Notes: a model not told the origin generated them from the sequence alone. 64,000 bases of DNA from Lysobacterales bacterium (GCA_022844165.1 JALHMH010000017.1:29573-93572), one strand, 5' to 3'; positions 34,957-47,017 are shown, counted from the first letter of the stretch. Made by a program: numbers and translations.

Positions 34957-35630
34957 GCATTGTCGTCACCGATATCGAAGGCACCACCAGCGACATCGCG
35001 TTTGTGCAGCGCGTGCTGTTTCCATATGCGCGTGTGCATTTGCCAGATTTCGTTCGAGCTCATGCCGGATTGCCAGAGGTCGCACCATGGTTGGCAATGG
35101 TGGCCGATGAGATTCGCGTTGCCGACGATCACTTGCCGGCGATCATTGCCGCGTTATTGTCTTGGATCGATGCCGATCGCAAACATACGGCGCTCAAAGC
35201 GCTGCAAGGTCAAATCTGGAAGCGTGGGTTCGAAAACGGCGAGTTTAAAGCGCATGTTTACGATGACGCGGTGCGCGCGCTGCAACGGTGGAAATCCGCC
35301 GACGTGCCGGTGTACGTATATTCGTCGGGTTCAGTACAAGCGCAGCGTCTGTACTTCAAACATACAGAACATGGCGATCTGTCGGGGATGTTTCATGGGC
35401 ATTTCGACACGACGATCGGCAACAAGCGCGAAGCTGACTCCTACCGTGCGATTGCAGCGCGGCTGAACGTCGAGCCCGCATCGATTACGTTCTACTCCGA
35501 TATTGGTGCGGAACTGGATGCGGCACAAGAGGCCGGCTGGAACACGGTACAACTGGTGCGCGGCGACACGACGCCTGCACCGGGCCATCGCCAGGTGGCG
35601 AGCTTTGATTCGCTCGATCAAACAGTTTAG
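34953..35630 (+). CDS. mtnC: Enolase-phosphatase E1 (acireductone synthase)
   Basis: TDIEGTT, LFPYA, DRKHTALKALQG, YSSGSVQAQ, SD...ELDAA. Confidence 0.95.
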   Translation: MSIVVTDIEGTTSDIAFVQRVLFPYARVHLPDFVRAHAGLPEVAPWLAMVADEIRVADDHLPAIIAALLSWIDADRKHTALKALQGQIWKRGFENGEFKAHVYDDAVRALQRWKSADVPVYVYSSGSVQAQRLYFKHTEHGDLSGMFHGHFDTTIGNKREADSYRAIAARLNVEPASITFYSDIGAELDAAQEAGWNTVQLVRGDTTPAPGHRQVASFDSLDQTV

Positions 35631-35658
35631 CGTTACGCTGCTCAGTGGCTTACGCGCC

Positions 35659-37053
35659 ATGTTCGCGCTGCCGCTGACGCCAACGCAGCTGTTACGGCCG
35701 CTGGCGCATTTTTGGTGGCTGTTGCTGCTCAGCATTGCGCTGTCGGTCGCCAGCGATTTGCAATGGGTGCAGTCGCCGCGACTATTCGCGGCCGAAGGCC
35801 TGCAGCGCGATGCACTGAGTGTTTTATTGACCTTGCTCTTTGCCACCTTGGCTGCGCAGCTCGCTGGCCAGCGTGTGTTGACCTGGCCGCTTGCCATTCA
35901 TCTCTCGACGATCGGCTTGATCATCGGTGCCGTCGCCATGGGAATCTATGCGGCGGTGGATGCTTATGACGCGTTCAACCCGGTGCGGTTTCAAATCTGG
36001 TATTGGTGGGCTTCAGGCTGGTGGGCGATTGCGGCGATGGCGGCCTGTCATTCGATCATGACGGCGATTGCCCCCTGGCGCCGGGCGCTGCTCGGTTTGG
36101 GCGGTGCGTTGCTCACCACATTGCCAATGATGCAGCTTGATCTGGCGCGCTATTGGACTTACGACTTCGAGGCGGCTGCTATGTTGTCCAGTGCAACGCC
36201 GGCAAGGCGCGTTCCCGGCAGCGCTGAGAAGGTTTGGGCCATGCAGCCGGCGCAAGTAGAGCACGCGCTCGCCAAGCTGCAACGGGGCCTTCCAGGCAGG
36301 GTCGATGCGTACCTGTTGGCGTTGGGTGCGGATGGCAATGAAGATGTGTTTCGCAATGAAGCCGAGTATGTCGAGCTGCTGATGCGCCAGCGTTTTGGCA
36401 TGAATGGCCGGACCTTGCGCCTCGTCAATCATCCGGACACAACAGCCGTCACGCCGTTGGCAACCCTAAGCAACGTGCGCCAGGCCGTCGCCGGTATCGC
36501 CGCCGCGATGGATCGCGAGGAAGACTTGTTTTTCCTGTTCGCCACGACGCATGGCAGCGAAGACCATCGCCTGTATGTGGATTTGGATCCACTGCCGTTA
36601 GATTGGATCGCTCCGCAAGATTTGCGCGAAGTGCTCGATCAGGCCGGAATCACGTGGCGCGTGATTATCGTTTCAGCGTGTTATTCCGGTGGATTCATCG
36701 ATGCGCTCAAGAGCCCGACCACCATCGTCATCACTGCGGCGCGTCATGACCGCACCTCATTCGGTTGCGGAGCGGCCTCGGAAATCACCTACTTCGGCCG
36801 CGCGTTTTTCGTCGATGCGCTGAATCATGTTGCCGATTGGTTCGTTGCATTCGAGTCCGCCAAAGATGCCGTCGCTGCGCGGGAGAAGGAGGGTGGATTC
36901 GACCCATCCGAGCCGCAGATCGACATCGGTGCACTGATTCGGCCCAAGTTTCTCGCATGGAGCCAAGCGCTGGAGGTGGGTCGGCCAGTAGCCTTCGTGC
37001 CTGCCGTCGCAAAGCCCTGCGGCGAAGGCATTTGCGTGGATGCTGACAGGTAG
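35659..37053 (+). CDS. Membrane-anchored C13 family cysteine peptidase
   Basis: N-terminal TM helices; catalytic dyad motifs TTHGS and SACYSGGF; SFGC. Confidence 0.88.
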   Translation: MFALPLTPTQLLRPLAHFWWLLLLSIALSVASDLQWVQSPRLFAAEGLQRDALSVLLTLLFATLAAQLAGQRVLTWPLAIHLSTIGLIIGAVAMGIYAAVDAYDAFNPVRFQIWYWWASGWWAIAAMAACHSIMTAIAPWRRALLGLGGALLTTLPMMQLDLARYWTYDFEAAAMLSSATPARRVPGSAEKVWAMQPAQVEHALAKLQRGLPGRVDAYLLALGADGNEDVFRNEAEYVELLMRQRFGMNGRTLRLVNHPDTTAVTPLATLSNVRQAVAGIAAAMDREEDLFFLFATTHGSEDHRLYVDLDPLPLDWIAPQDLREVLDQAGITWRVIIVSACYSGGFIDALKSPTTIVITAARHDRTSFGCGAASEITYFGRAFFVDALNHVADWFVAFESAKDAVAAREKEGGFDPSEPQIDIGALIRPKFLAWSQALEVGRPVAFVPAVAKPCGEGICVDADR

Positions 37054-37147
37054 AGATCGAAGGCCTGGTGCTCAAATGAACGGGACGATCTGCGCGCCGC
37101 GCCGCTGAACAACGTATCGTTGCCCGCACCGACCGAAACTCGACTTC

Positions 37148-38584
37148 ATGAACTACAGCGACCTCGAATCGCTGCGTGCACTGCATCCCGCATGGCGGTT
37201 ATTGCGCGCCGACAACGCGCCGTTGATCGCCAGCTTCCTGCATCGCGCATTCGTCATGCCTAACGCGAGGGTCATCGCTGCGGCAGACTTGGAGGAGATG
37301 CTGGAGGACGTACTGTTTGCGCTGCGCGCACAAGCCGGCGAAGGCGCATTTTCGCGAAGCTCGCGCGACTATTTGAACGACTGGGCGCAGCCGGAGAAGG
37401 GCTGGTTGCGAAAGTTCTATGCCAAGGGCAGCGATGAGGCGCAGTACGACTTGACGCCCTCGACCGAGAAGGCAATCGTCTGGCTGGAGAGTTTGAGTGC
37501 CCGTAGTTTCGTCGGCACGGAGTCGCGCCTGCTGACGTTGTTTGAGCTGCTGAAGCAGTTAAAGGCCGGCACCGAAACCGATCTTGATGCGCGCATCGCG
37601 GCGCTGGAGGCCGAACGCAAGAGAATCGATATCGAATTGGTACGAACCCGGGCTGGCGACGTTGCGACGCTCGACGACACTGCGCTGAAAGATCGATTCC
37701 AGCAATTCTTGCAAGTGGCGCGCGAGCTGCTCGGCGATTTTCGCGAAGTCGAACACAACTTCCGTTTGCTGGATCGCAGCGTGCGCGAACGCATCGCGCT
37801 GTGGGAGGGTTCAAAAGGTGCGTTGCTTGATGCAATTCTGGGCGAACGCGATGCCATTTCCGGCTCTGACCAAGGCCGAAGCTTTCGTGCGTTCTGGGAT
37901 TTTTTGATGTCCAGTCAACGCCAGGACGACTTCGGTATGCTGCTCGATCATGCGTTGACTCTGCCGGCCGTGCAGGCGCTGAAGCCAGAGCCGCGCGTGC
38001 GGCGCGTGCACTACGATTGGTTGGAGGCAGGCGAACATACGCAGCGGACCGTGGCGCAGCTGTCGCAACAACTGCGGCGTTTTCTCGACGACCGTGCGTG
38101 GCTGGAGAACCGCCGTATCATGGACATCCTGCACGGCATCGAAAGCAAGGGACTGAGCATTCGCGATGCAATGCCGGTCGGTGAAGTGATGTCGATCGCC
38201 GATGTCGCGGCCGACATCGATCTGCCGTTCGAGCGACCGTTGTTTGCGCCGGCGCCGCGACTCAAGCTTGCGGCGTTGGCACTGGATATCGTTGAGGAAG
38301 ACATCGATGCCGATGCGCTCTATCACCAGATCGTCATCGACAAGGCTCAGCTGGCGCGACACATCCGCCAGATGCTGCAACTGAGCGAGCAGCTGACGTT
38401 GCGCGAGATCATCGACGCGCAACCGCTGACCCATGGCCTCGGCGAGCTCGTCGCGTACTTGCAACTGGGCGAAGATGCGTTCCACGCGGTGATCGATGAA
38501 GCGGCGATCGACAGCATCGATTGGATGGTCGATGCGTCACTGACGCGCCGCGTGCGCTTGCCCCGGGTGATCTTCCGCCGATGA
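37148..38584 (+). CDS. jetA: Wadjet type I JetA (DUF3375)
   Basis: [14 protein letters not shown]...[27 protein letters not shown]; first of four coupled genes. Confidence 0.9.
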   Translation: MNYSDLESLRALHPAWRLLRADNAPLIASFLHRAFVMPNARVIAAADLEEMLEDVLFALRAQAGEGAFSRSSRDYLNDWAQPEKGWLRKFYAKGSDEAQYDLTPSTEKAIVWLESLSARSFVGTESRLLTLFELLKQLKAGTETDLDARIAALEAERKRIDIELVRTRAGDVATLDDTALKDRFQQFLQVARELLGDFREVEHNFRLLDRSVRERIALWEGSKGALLDAILGERDAISGSDQGRSFRAFWDFLMSSQRQDDFGMLLDHALTLPAVQALKPEPRVRRVHYDWLEAGEHTQRTVAQLSQQLRRFLDDRAWLENRRIMDILHGIESKGLSIRDAMPVGEVMSIADVAADIDLPFERPLFAPAPRLKLAALALDIVEEDIDADALYHQIVIDKAQLARHIRQMLQLSEQLTLREIIDAQPLTHGLGELVAYLQLGEDAFHAVIDEAAIDSIDWMVDASLTRRVRLPRVIFRR

Positions 38585-39156
38585 GCGAATCGTTGAATCA
38601 CGCTTCGCTGTCGCCGTTGGCGATTGGCCTGCTCAAAGGCGCGCTTTATCGCGATCAGGACGAGCGCTTGTGGAGCGATTTGCTCAATCTGCAGGCGGCA
38701 GTGCGCGACTACTTCTCGGTGTTGTCCTTGGAACTCATGCTCGATGAGGCAGAGGGCTACGCGTTCTTGAAGAGTAAAGAGGACGACCATTTGCCCAGGC
38801 TGGTGGCGCGTCGGCCGCTGTCATACCCTGTGAGTCTGCTGCTCGCACTGCTGCGAAAGAAACTCGCTGAATTCGATGCCAGCGGCAGCGAAACCCGGCT
38901 GGTTCTGGCGCGCGACGATATGGTTGAAATGGTGCGGGTGTTTCTGCCCGCACACAGCAACGAGGCGAGGCTTGTCGATCAAATCGATACGCACATCGGC
39001 AAGATCGTCGAGCTGGGGTTCTTGCGCAAACTCAAGAGCAGCGGCTCTCCGGGATTCGAAGTGCGGCGGATCTTGAAGGCCTTCGTCGATGCGCATTGGT
39101 TAGCGCAATTCGACGCGCGCCTGGCTGAGTATCGTGAGCGAGGCTTCGATGAGTGA
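38581..39156 (+). CDS. jetB: Wadjet JetB (DUF4194)
   Basis: [39 protein letters not shown]. Confidence 0.9.
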   Translation: MSESLNHASLSPLAIGLLKGALYRDQDERLWSDLLNLQAAVRDYFSVLSLELMLDEAEGYAFLKSKEDDHLPRLVARRPLSYPVSLLLALLRKKLAEFDASGSETRLVLARDDMVEMVRVFLPAHSNEARLVDQIDTHIGKIVELGFLRKLKSSGSPGFEVRRILKAFVDAHWLAQFDARLAEYRERGFDE

Positions 39157-42100
39157 GTCGGGTTCGTTCGAGTTGAGTTTTGTCGGCGACGATAAGCTCG
39201 CGGGATTTCGGCTACGCCGGCTCGAAGTGCTCAACTGGGGCACGTTCGATGGTCGGATATGGGCGCTCGATCTGGACGGGCGCAATGGCCTTTTAACGGG
39301 CGACATCGGTTCGGGAAAATCGACGCTCGTGGATGCGATCACCACCTTGTTGGTGGCGCCTCAGCGGCTGGCGTACAACAAAGCGGCCGGCGCCGACAGC
39401 AAGGAGCGCAGTCTGCGCTCGTATGTACTTGGCCACTACAAGTCCGAACGCAACGATATCACTGGAAGCGCCAAACCCGTGGCGCTGCGTGATGCCAGCA
39501 GCTACTCGGTGATCCTCGCGGTCTTCCACAATGCCGGGTTCGATCAGACCGTTACGCTGGCACAAGTGTTCAGTTGCAAAGAGGCGCACGGGCAACCTGC
39601 GCGCTTCTATGTGGCCAGCGAAAAGGCGCTGTCGATTCGGGGCGACTTTGCCGAGGTGGGCAGCGATCTGAATGCGCTCCGTAAACGCCTGCGTGCTGCG
39701 GGCGCCGAGATAGACGACAGCTACGCCAAATACAGCGCGTGGTTTCGCCGCCGCTTCGGCATCGACAACGAGCAGGCGTTGGATTTATTCCATCAGACCG
39801 TTTCGATGAAGTCTGTGGGCAACCTCACCGACTTCGTGCGCGGCCACATGCTTGAGCCGTTCGATGTGAAAGCGCGCATCGACGCTTTGATTGTGCATTT
39901 CGACGATCTCAATCGTGCGCATGAAGCCGTCAAGAAGGCCGAGGCCCAGGTCCGGCTGCTGACGCCGCTGGTTGGCGATGTGGCGCGGCATCGCCAACTG
40001 TCCGCCCAGATCGACCACCTGCGCGCCTGCCGCGACGCGCTGCGCGCCGAGTTTGCGGCACATAAGCTAATGCTGATCGATACGCGACTGCGCGACCTCG
40101 GTGAGGAGTACGATCGGGCCAACGCTGCACATCTTAAGTTTTCTGCGCTGCGCGATGCACAGCGACGCGAGGTGATTGAGATTGAGCGTGCGATTGCCGA
40201 CAACGGCGGAGATCGTCTGGAGCGGCTCGCCGCAGAGATCGAGCGCAGCGCGCGCTTGCGCGATGAGCGCACGGCGCGTGCGCGGCGCTACGCCGAGCAC
40301 TGTCGGCGGCTCAATGAGGCGCTGGCGACGCAAAGCGATGCGTTCGACGCCCAGCGCACGCATTTGCAGAAGCGGCGCGCCGAGTTGATGGAGAACGAGG
40401 CGCGGATCGACAACGCGGCCACCGAGCAGCGCGTGGCGATGGCATCGCTGCGCAAAACACACACCGCACTGCAAGCCGAGATCGACAGCCTCGAGCGGCG
40501 CAAGAGTAATATCGATGCGCAGCAAATTGAAATACGAGCTGCGATCACCAGCGCTCTGGGCATCGTCGAAGACGCGTTGCCGTTCGCTGGCGAGCTCATC
40601 CAGGTACGCGATGAAGCGCGCGACTGGGAAGGCGCCGCCGAGCGATTGCTGCGAAATTTTGGCCTGTCGCTGCTGGTGCCCGACGCGTATTACGCCGCAG
40701 TGTCGGGATGGGTCGACCGTCAGCACCTGCGCGGCAGGCTGGTGTTCTACCGCATTGTGCCGCGACGTAGTCGCGCCGAGCGCTCGCTCGATGTCGACTC
40801 GCTGGTGCGCAAATTGGCAATCAAGCCCGATTCGGGCTATTTCGAATGGATCGAACAAGAGCTGATCGAACGATTCGATTACCTCTGTTGCACAGATCAG
40901 GCGCGTTTCCAGTCCTCCGCGCGTGCAGTGACCCGAGCAGGACAGGTAAAGGACTTGCGTGGGCGACACGAAAAAGACGACCGTCATCGCATCGATGACC
41001 GTTCGCGCTTCGTGCTGGGTTGGAGCAACTTCGACAAGCTGCAGGCGCTAAAAGCCAATCGCCGCGAACTGGAGAAGACGATCGCCGACTGCGGCGCTGA
41101 GCTCGCCGCGCTGCAAACACAGATGTCCGAGCTGCGACGGCAGCTCGATGCGCTGGTGGCGCTGGCGCAATTCGAATCCTTCGACGAAATCGATGACGGC
41201 TCATTGGTGCGCGCGATTGCCGAGTTGACAGCCGAGCGCGAGCGCCTCGCGAATGCATCGGATGTGTTGAAACAACTGGCCGAGCGCCTGAGGCTTGCGC
41301 AACAGGCGCTGACCGATGGCGAGCGTCACGTCGATTCCGCGAGCGAGCGCCGCACCCGCGCGCACGAGCGCATGAACGTGGCCGAACAGTTGCGCATGCG
41401 CACGGCGCAAGACGCAACACCGATCGATGCTGCCATCGCCGATGCCATCGGAGCGCAGCGCCTGGAGAAGTTTGGCGAGGCGCAACTGAGCGTCGAGAAT
41501 TGCGATGCGCGCGAGCGCGAGTTGCGCGAGTGGCTGCAAACGCGCATCGATGCCGAGGAGAGCAAAGGTAAACGCCTGCGCGACAAGGTCATCCAGGCAA
41601 TGGCCGCATTCAAGGATGCCTTTAAACTCGAAACGGCTGAGTTCGATGCCAGCCTGGATGCCGCTTTCGAGTACGAAAAGCTGCTCGCGCAGCTAAACGG
41701 CGACGATCTGCCGCGCTTTGAGTCGCGCTTCAAAGAACTGCTCAACGTCAACACCATCAACGAGATCGCCAATTTCAATGCGCAACTGGCGCGTGAGCGC
41801 GAGACCATCCGTGAGCGCATCGCCCAGATCAATGGTTCGCTGACCAAGATCGACTACAACCCTGGACGCTACATCGCACTGGAAGCGCAGTTCAGTCAGG
41901 ATGCCGATGTGCGCAGTTTCCAGGCCGAATTGCGCGCCTGCACCGAGGATCAACTCACGGGCTCAGACGATGCGCAGTACTCGGAAGCGAAGTTCGTCAA
42001 GGTCAAATCGATCATCGATCGCTTTCGTGGTCGGGAAGGTTTGTCGGACATCGACAAGCGCTGGACGGCAAAAGTCACCGACGTTCGCAACTGGTATCTG

Positions 42101-42505
42101 TTCGCGGCCAGCGAACGCTGGCGGCATGACGATGCCGAACACGAGCACTATTCGGATTCGGGCGGCAAATCGGGCGGCCAGAAGGAGAAGCTGGCCTACA
42201 CCATACTGGCGGCGAGCCTGGCGTATCAATTCGGATTGGAGTGGGGCGCGGTGCGCTCGCGCTCGTTCCGCTTTGTGGTCATCGATGAAGCCTTCGGTCG
42301 CGGGTCGGACGAATCGGCGCAGTACGGCTTGCGCTTATTCGAACAATTGAACCTGCAGCTGCTGATCGTGACACCGCTGCAGAAAATCCACATCATCGAA
42401 CCCTTCGTCAGCAGCGTGGGTTTTGTCCACAATGAGGGCGGCCGCGCCAGCAAACTGCGCAACCTGCGCATTGAGGAGTACCGCGCACAGAAGGCGCGCG
42501 CATGA
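39149..42505 (+). CDS. jetC: Wadjet JetC, SMC-like ATPase
   Basis: NWGTF, Walker [10 protein letters not shown], long coiled coil, SGGQKEKL signature, Walker B VVIDEAF. Confidence 0.93.
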   Translation: MSESGSFELSFVGDDKLAGFRLRRLEVLNWGTFDGRIWALDLDGRNGLLTGDIGSGKSTLVDAITTLLVAPQRLAYNKAAGADSKERSLRSYVLGHYKSERNDITGSAKPVALRDASSYSVILAVFHNAGFDQTVTLAQVFSCKEAHGQPARFYVASEKALSIRGDFAEVGSDLNALRKRLRAAGAEIDDSYAKYSAWFRRRFGIDNEQALDLFHQTVSMKSVGNLTDFVRGHMLEPFDVKARIDALIVHFDDLNRAHEAVKKAEAQVRLLTPLVGDVARHRQLSAQIDHLRACRDALRAEFAAHKLMLIDTRLRDLGEEYDRANAAHLKFSALRDAQRREVIEIERAIADNGGDRLERLAAEIERSARLRDERTARARRYAEHCRRLNEALATQSDAFDAQRTHLQKRRAELMENEARIDNAATEQRVAMASLRKTHTALQAEIDSLERRKSNIDAQQIEIRAAITSALGIVEDALPFAGELIQVRDEARDWEGAAERLLRNFGLSLLVPDAYYAAVSGWVDRQHLRGRLVFYRIVPRRSRAERSLDVDSLVRKLAIKPDSGYFEWIEQELIERFDYLCCTDQARFQSSARAVTRAGQVKDLRGRHEKDDRHRIDDRSRFVLGWSNFDKLQALKANRRELEKTIADCGAELAALQTQMSELRRQLDALVALAQFESFDEIDDGSLVRAIAELTAERERLANASDVLKQLAERLRLAQQALTDGERHVDSASERRTRAHERMNVAEQLRMRTAQDATPIDAAIADAIGAQRLEKFGEAQLSVENCDARERELREWLQTRIDAEESKGKRLRDKVIQAMAAFKDAFKLETAEFDASLDAAFEYEKLLAQLNGDDLPRFESRFKELLNVNTINEIANFNAQLARERETIRERIAQINGSLTKIDYNPGRYIALEAQFSQDADVRSFQAELRACTEDQLTGSDDAQYSEAKFVKVKSIIDRFRGREGLSDIDKRWTAKVTDVRNWYLFAASERWRHDDAEHEHYSDSGGKSGGQKEKLAYTILAASLAYQFGLEWGAVRSRSFRFVVIDEAFGRGSDESAQYGLRLFEQLNLQLLIVTPLQKIHIIEPFVSSVGFVHNEGGRASKLRNLRIEEYRAQKARA

Positions 42506-43668
42506 ACTGGTCGACGCCAGACGATTTGATGGGTGCGGTGCGTAAGCGCTGGGAGCAAGGTCGTTTGCTGCAATCGCTGCTGGCGGCAGGCGACTGGCCA
42601 TGGCGGCTTCCGTTGAAGGCCCCCGGCAGCCAGGACATCACCGACTGCTTACCCGACGTACGCGCGTGGACGGCGGCGCTGGCTGCGATGCCGCAGGTGC
42701 GGCTGGAGTGGCGCGAGGTACGACATCGCGTGCAGGGCACGCAGCGTGTCGTCAAGTCGGTATGGCTCGAGAACATTGATGCCGCCGCAGCGCTGATCGA
42801 TCGCCAAGCTGAGCTTGAGCGATTTCGCGGTCTGATCCAACTGACGCTCAAGAACGAGCCTGCTGCGCTGCCCTGGCTCGCGAGGCGCCCGCTGCGCGCC
42901 CTTGAGCTGGCCAGCGAATGGTCAGCACTTTTGGGCACAGTGACCTGGCGTCGCGCGCACCCGCAGGCGCGGGTGTTCGTGCGCATGGTGGACGTGCCCG
43001 GCGCGCACAGCAAGCTGATCGAACAGCACAGCGGCGTGCTCGCAGAGCTGCTTGAGCTTGCCCTGCCGGAAGGGCAGATCGACGCCCTGCAAACGCGCTT
43101 TGCGCGGCGGTTCGGATTTCGCGAGAGACCGGCACGGGTGCGCATGCGCTCGCTCGACCCGGCGTACCAGCTGCTTCCTGGTCTGATCGATCCGGACCTC
43201 ACCTTGGATGTTACCAATCTGAAGCGACTGGCGCCGACGTGGCGGCGCATCGTCATCACCGAAAACGAGACCAACTACCTGGTTTTCCCATCGCTGCCCG
43301 AAAGCCTGCTGATCTTTGGATCGGGTTATGGATTCGACGCGTTGGCCGAACTGCCCTGGATGCAAGAGGTTCCGATCCACTATTGGGGCGATATCGACAG
43401 TCACGGTTTCAAGATACTCGATCAACTCCGTGCGCATTTCCCACACGCGCAATCGCTGCTGATGGACGAGGCCACTCTGCTTGCACACCGGGAGTTCTGG
43501 GGTATCGAACCCGAACCCGTGCGCCATCCTCTTAAGCGTCTCACGGAAAATGAAAACGCGCTCTTCGAGGCATTGCGATCGCACCGTTTTGCGAAGAATC
43601 TGCGCCTTGAGCAAGAGCGCATCCGCTTCTCCTGGCTGGCCGAGTCGTCCTTGTTTGGGTCAGCGTGA
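42502..43668 (+). CDS. jetD: Wadjet JetD, TOPRIM nuclease (DUF3322+DUF2220)
   Basis: ITENETNY, FGSGY, HYWGDID.HGF.IL, RLEQERI. Confidence 0.92.
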   Translation: MNWSTPDDLMGAVRKRWEQGRLLQSLLAAGDWPWRLPLKAPGSQDITDCLPDVRAWTAALAAMPQVRLEWREVRHRVQGTQRVVKSVWLENIDAAAALIDRQAELERFRGLIQLTLKNEPAALPWLARRPLRALELASEWSALLGTVTWRRAHPQARVFVRMVDVPGAHSKLIEQHSGVLAELLELALPEGQIDALQTRFARRFGFRERPARVRMRSLDPAYQLLPGLIDPDLTLDVTNLKRLAPTWRRIVITENETNYLVFPSLPESLLIFGSGYGFDALAELPWMQEVPIHYWGDIDSHGFKILDQLRAHFPHAQSLLMDEATLLAHREFWGIEPEPVRHPLKRLTENENALFEALRSHRFAKNLRLEQERIRFSWLAESSLFGSA

Positions 43669-43820
43669 ACAACTCGGCGTCGCTGCGCGAATTGTCGATC
43701 CGGACCGTCGAGCAACTCCCGACCTTCGCCGACCGGCCGTTCGCGTCATGCTGGAAGGCGACACCGCCAATTAGGATTGCGTGTTGGTCCATGGGCATCG
43801 GTTGTGTGTGCGCGCTGGTT

Positions 43821-44327
43821 TCATCTTGTCTTGTTCGCGTCTGGCGGTCTTGGCCCCAGGGGCATTTCGGTCGAGCCGGGGAGGCCAGCAACCCATTGCT
43901 CGCCGGTGCTGGTTCCAGGCGTCAGCACGACGCTGCGACCGTCGCCCTGGTGTTCGATGCGGATCGACAAGTCTACCGGTGGAAGTGCGTCGCTGGCGCG
44001 TTCCGGCCACTCGACAAGCATCAACGTATTCGGCGATTGCTCACGAATGCCCAGGGCCTGCAATTCATCGTTGGCGGCGATACGATACAAATCCCAGTGG
44101 CTGATCAACAGTCTGGGCGTTTCGTAAGGCTCAACCATGGTGTACGTTGGGCTCTTCACACGGCCCTGGTAGCCCAAGCCATGGATCATGGCTCTCGCCA
44201 GTTCCGTCTTTCCCGCACCAAGTTCGCCGGATAGGGCGATGCACCCAGGCCCGACGACATTGGCCAATCGCTGACCGAGCTGTTGTGTGGCGGCGGCATC
44301 GGCCAGATAGACGCGCAAACTGCTCAT
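43821..44327 (-). CDS. tsaE: tRNA threonylcarbamoyladenosine biosynthesis ATPase
   Basis: LSGELGAGKT, VKSPTYTMVEPY, HWDLYR, VEWPE; follows nnr. Confidence 0.95.
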   Translation of the reverse strand: MSSLRVYLADAAATQQLGQRLANVVGPGCIALSGELGAGKTELARAMIHGLGYQGRVKSPTYTMVEPYETPRLLISHWDLYRIAANDELQALGIREQSPNTLMLVEWPERASDALPPVDLSIRIEHQGDGRSVVLTPGTSTGEQWVAGLPGSTEMPLGPRPPDANKTR

Positions 44328-45799
44328 CGAGGGTTGACCAGCCGTTTGATGTGAAGCATTAAATCCCCGGCCACGGTGCCGCGTTCGCCATCGGCTCCGG
44401 CTGCTGCGCCAGCGAGAGCATGCAAATGAACCGCGCAACGCGCTGCGGCGCCCGTCGGCAGACCTTGGGCCATGAGGCCGCCGATGACGCCCGCCAGCAC
44501 GTCGCCGCTGCCGCCGGTCGCCAGCGCAGGCGTTGCGATGGGGCAGACCGATGTGCCGAGTTTGTCGCGCACGATCGTGCCGGCGCCTTTAAGTACAACG
44601 GTCGAGGAGAAAAACTCTGCCAATTTGTCGGCGCTTTCGAAGCGTTGTCGTTGCACGTCGGCGCTGGAGCATTCCAGCAGCCGCGCCGCCTCACCCGGAT
44701 GCGGTGTCAGCACCACGTGTTCTGGCAGTACGCACGCCGATTCGGCGAGGCCATTCAAGGCATCGGCGTCCATGATCGTCGGCAGATTGCGCTCCGTGAC
44801 TGCCGCCAACAACAATTGCGACCATGTGCCCCGGCCCAGACCTGGACCGACAATGACCACTGTCGCGCGATCGAGCAGAGCGTCCAGTTCTGCCGGTCCG
44901 GAAATGCCGCGCACCATAATCTCCGGGCGCGACGCCAGTATCGGCGCGACGTGAACAGGGCGGGTCGCCACGCTTACCAGTCCTGCGCCGGATCTGAGCG
45001 CACCTTCGGCAGCGAGGCGCACAGCGCCGCCCATGCCCTCATCGCCGCCCACGACCAGTACGTGGCCGAAATGCCCCTTGTACGCGTGGCGCTCACGAGG
45101 CGGCAAGTATTTACGCAGCAATGCATCGTCGAGAAGTTGTAACGCCGGTGGCACACAGGCGAACAGCACATCGGGAAGATCCAGTGTGTCAACATGAATC
45201 TCGCCGCACAGTTCCTGGCCGGCGCCAGTGATCATGCCGCGCTTCAATCCGATAAAGCTCAAAGTGAGCGTCGCTCGAACTGCGGGTCCACACGCATCGC
45301 CGGAGTCGGCATTGAGTCCAGTGGGGACGTCGAGCGCCAGAATGGGCGCAACCTGCGCATTGATCGCCGCGACGATTGCCGCGGCTTGTCCTTCCAGCGC
45401 ACGTGTCAAGCCGATGCCAAACAGCGCATCGACAACCAGATCGAACTCGTCGAAGTGACCGGCGAAAGGTGCGAGCGCACCGCCGGCACTACGCCAATCC
45501 CCGAACGCTGCCAATGCCGGACCTTCCTGCGGAGTATTCCCCTCTGCGACAACAACCACATCGCGCCGCGCCGCTTGCAGCAAACGCGCCAGTACGTAGC
45601 CGTCGCCCGCGTTGTTGCCAGGACCGCAGACGATTGCGATCCGTTGCGCCAACGGAAAGTGGCGGTGGATGAAGGTTGCCGCCGCTTGCCCGGCGCGCTG
45701 CATCAGCGTGTATTCGGGAATACCGAAGGATGCGCTGGCGAGTCGATCGAGCTCACGCGCCTGCGCCACGGTGTACGCCACGGTGGGCATTCCTTGCAT
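44324..45799 (-). CDS. nnr: Bifunctional NAD(P)H-hydrate epimerase/dehydratase
   Basis: CGPGNNAGDG, DALFGIGL, DVPTGL, HAYKGHFG, GPGLG, DADALN, TPHPGEA, GGSGDVL. Confidence 0.95.
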   Translation of the reverse strand: MQGMPTVAYTVAQARELDRLASASFGIPEYTLMQRAGQAAATFIHRHFPLAQRIAIVCGPGNNAGDGYVLARLLQAARRDVVVVAEGNTPQEGPALAAFGDWRSAGGALAPFAGHFDEFDLVVDALFGIGLTRALEGQAAAIVAAINAQVAPILALDVPTGLNADSGDACGPAVRATLTLSFIGLKRGMITGAGQELCGEIHVDTLDLPDVLFACVPPALQLLDDALLRKYLPPRERHAYKGHFGHVLVVGGDEGMGGAVRLAAEGALRSGAGLVSVATRPVHVAPILASRPEIMVRGISGPAELDALLDRATVVIVGPGLGRGTWSQLLLAAVTERNLPTIMDADALNGLAESACVLPEHVVLTPHPGEAARLLECSSADVQRQRFESADKLAEFFSSTVVLKGAGTIVRDKLGTSVCPIATPALATGGSGDVLAGVIGGLMAQGLPTGAAARCAVHLHALAGAAAGADGERGTVAGDLMLHIKRLVNPR

Positions 45800-45846
45800 C
45801 AGCGCAGGCTCCAGTTTTGGCGAGATGGCAAAAGTATACTGAGCGC

Positions 45847-46950
45847 ATGACCGCGCACGCGCACCAAGACTGGACTCAAATCAAACGCTTTGTGGTCGAC
45901 CAGGCGTTGGGGCTGGGTTTCGACGCCTGCGGCGTCAGCGATATCGATCTTGGCGCCGATGGCGAACGCTTGAACGCATGGCTTGAGCAGGGTTTGCACG
46001 GCGAGATGGGCTATATGGCGGTGCATGGTAGCAAGCGCTGGCGCCCCGGCGAGTTGGTGCCGGGTGCACTGCGTGTGATCAGCGTGCGAATGAACTACTG
46101 GCCCGAGGCTGTGGATGCCCGCGATGTTCTCGGCGATCGCAAACAAGCCTATGTATCGCGTTATGCGCTGGGACGCGACTATCACAAGGTGCTGCGCTCG
46201 CGCCTGCAGAAACTCGCCGATGCGCTGATCGCGCGGATCGGTCCGTTCGGCTACAGGGCGTTTGTCGATAGCGCGCCGGTCTTGGAGAAGCCTCTTGCAC
46301 GAAATGCGGGCTTAGGTTGGATCGGCAAACACACCAATCTGATTTCTTCCAAGGCGGGCAGCTATTTTTTTCTCGGCGAGTTGTATACCGACGTGCCATT
46401 GCCGATCGATGTGGCGGACAACGACCACTGCGGAACCTGCTCGCGCTGTCTCTCGGCGTGTCCGACCGCTGCATTCCCCGCGCCTTACCAGATCGACGCT
46501 CGGCGCTGTATTTCCTATTTGACGATTGAGCTGCGGGGAGCGATTCCGGAAGCGCTGCGCGCGCCGATGGGCAATCGCATCTACGGCTGTGACGACTGTC
46601 AACTGGTGTGCCCGTGGAACAAGTTTGCCAAGCTGGCGGGCGAGCCGGATTTCCGCGTGCGCCATGGTCTCGACAGCGTTTCGCTGATCGGACTTTTTGC
46701 CTGGAGCGAAACCGAGTTCCTGCGCAACACCGAAGGTTCGGCGATACGTCGGATCGGGTATGAGCGCTGGCTGCGGAACATCGCGGTGGCACTGGGCAAT
46801 GCAATGCCGGATGCGGAGGTGCAAGCCGCACTGCTGGCGCGGATCGACGATCCCAGCGATCTGGTGCGAGAGCACGTGCGCTGGGCACTGACTCAAGGAA
46901 CCACTCCACGCGTCAGGTTTCCATCGGCGCTCGGCAGCGCAGCGGGCTGA
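45847..46950 (+). CDS. queG: Epoxyqueuosine reductase
   Basis: RYALGRDYH, DSAPVLEK, CGTCSRCLSACP, GCDDCQLVCPWN; divergent from nnr. Confidence 0.95.
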   Translation: MTAHAHQDWTQIKRFVVDQALGLGFDACGVSDIDLGADGERLNAWLEQGLHGEMGYMAVHGSKRWRPGELVPGALRVISVRMNYWPEAVDARDVLGDRKQAYVSRYALGRDYHKVLRSRLQKLADALIARIGPFGYRAFVDSAPVLEKPLARNAGLGWIGKHTNLISSKAGSYFFLGELYTDVPLPIDVADNDHCGTCSRCLSACPTAAFPAPYQIDARRCISYLTIELRGAIPEALRAPMGNRIYGCDDCQLVCPWNKFAKLAGEPDFRVRHGLDSVSLIGLFAWSETEFLRNTEGSAIRRIGYERWLRNIAVALGNAMPDAEVQAALLARIDDPSDLVREHVRWALTQGTTPRVRFPSALGSAAG

Positions 46951-46963
46951 TCTGAGATCGACC

Positions 46964-46993
46964 AAAAAAGAACCCCGGCCGAAGCCGGGGTTC
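46964..46993 (-). terminator. Rho-independent terminator of the S8 protease gene
   Basis: Minus strand GAACCCCGGC-TTCG-GCCGGGGTTC followed by T6. Confidence 0.9.
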
Positions 46994-47017
46994 CGGGTGA
47001 CAACGGTCTAACCAAGA

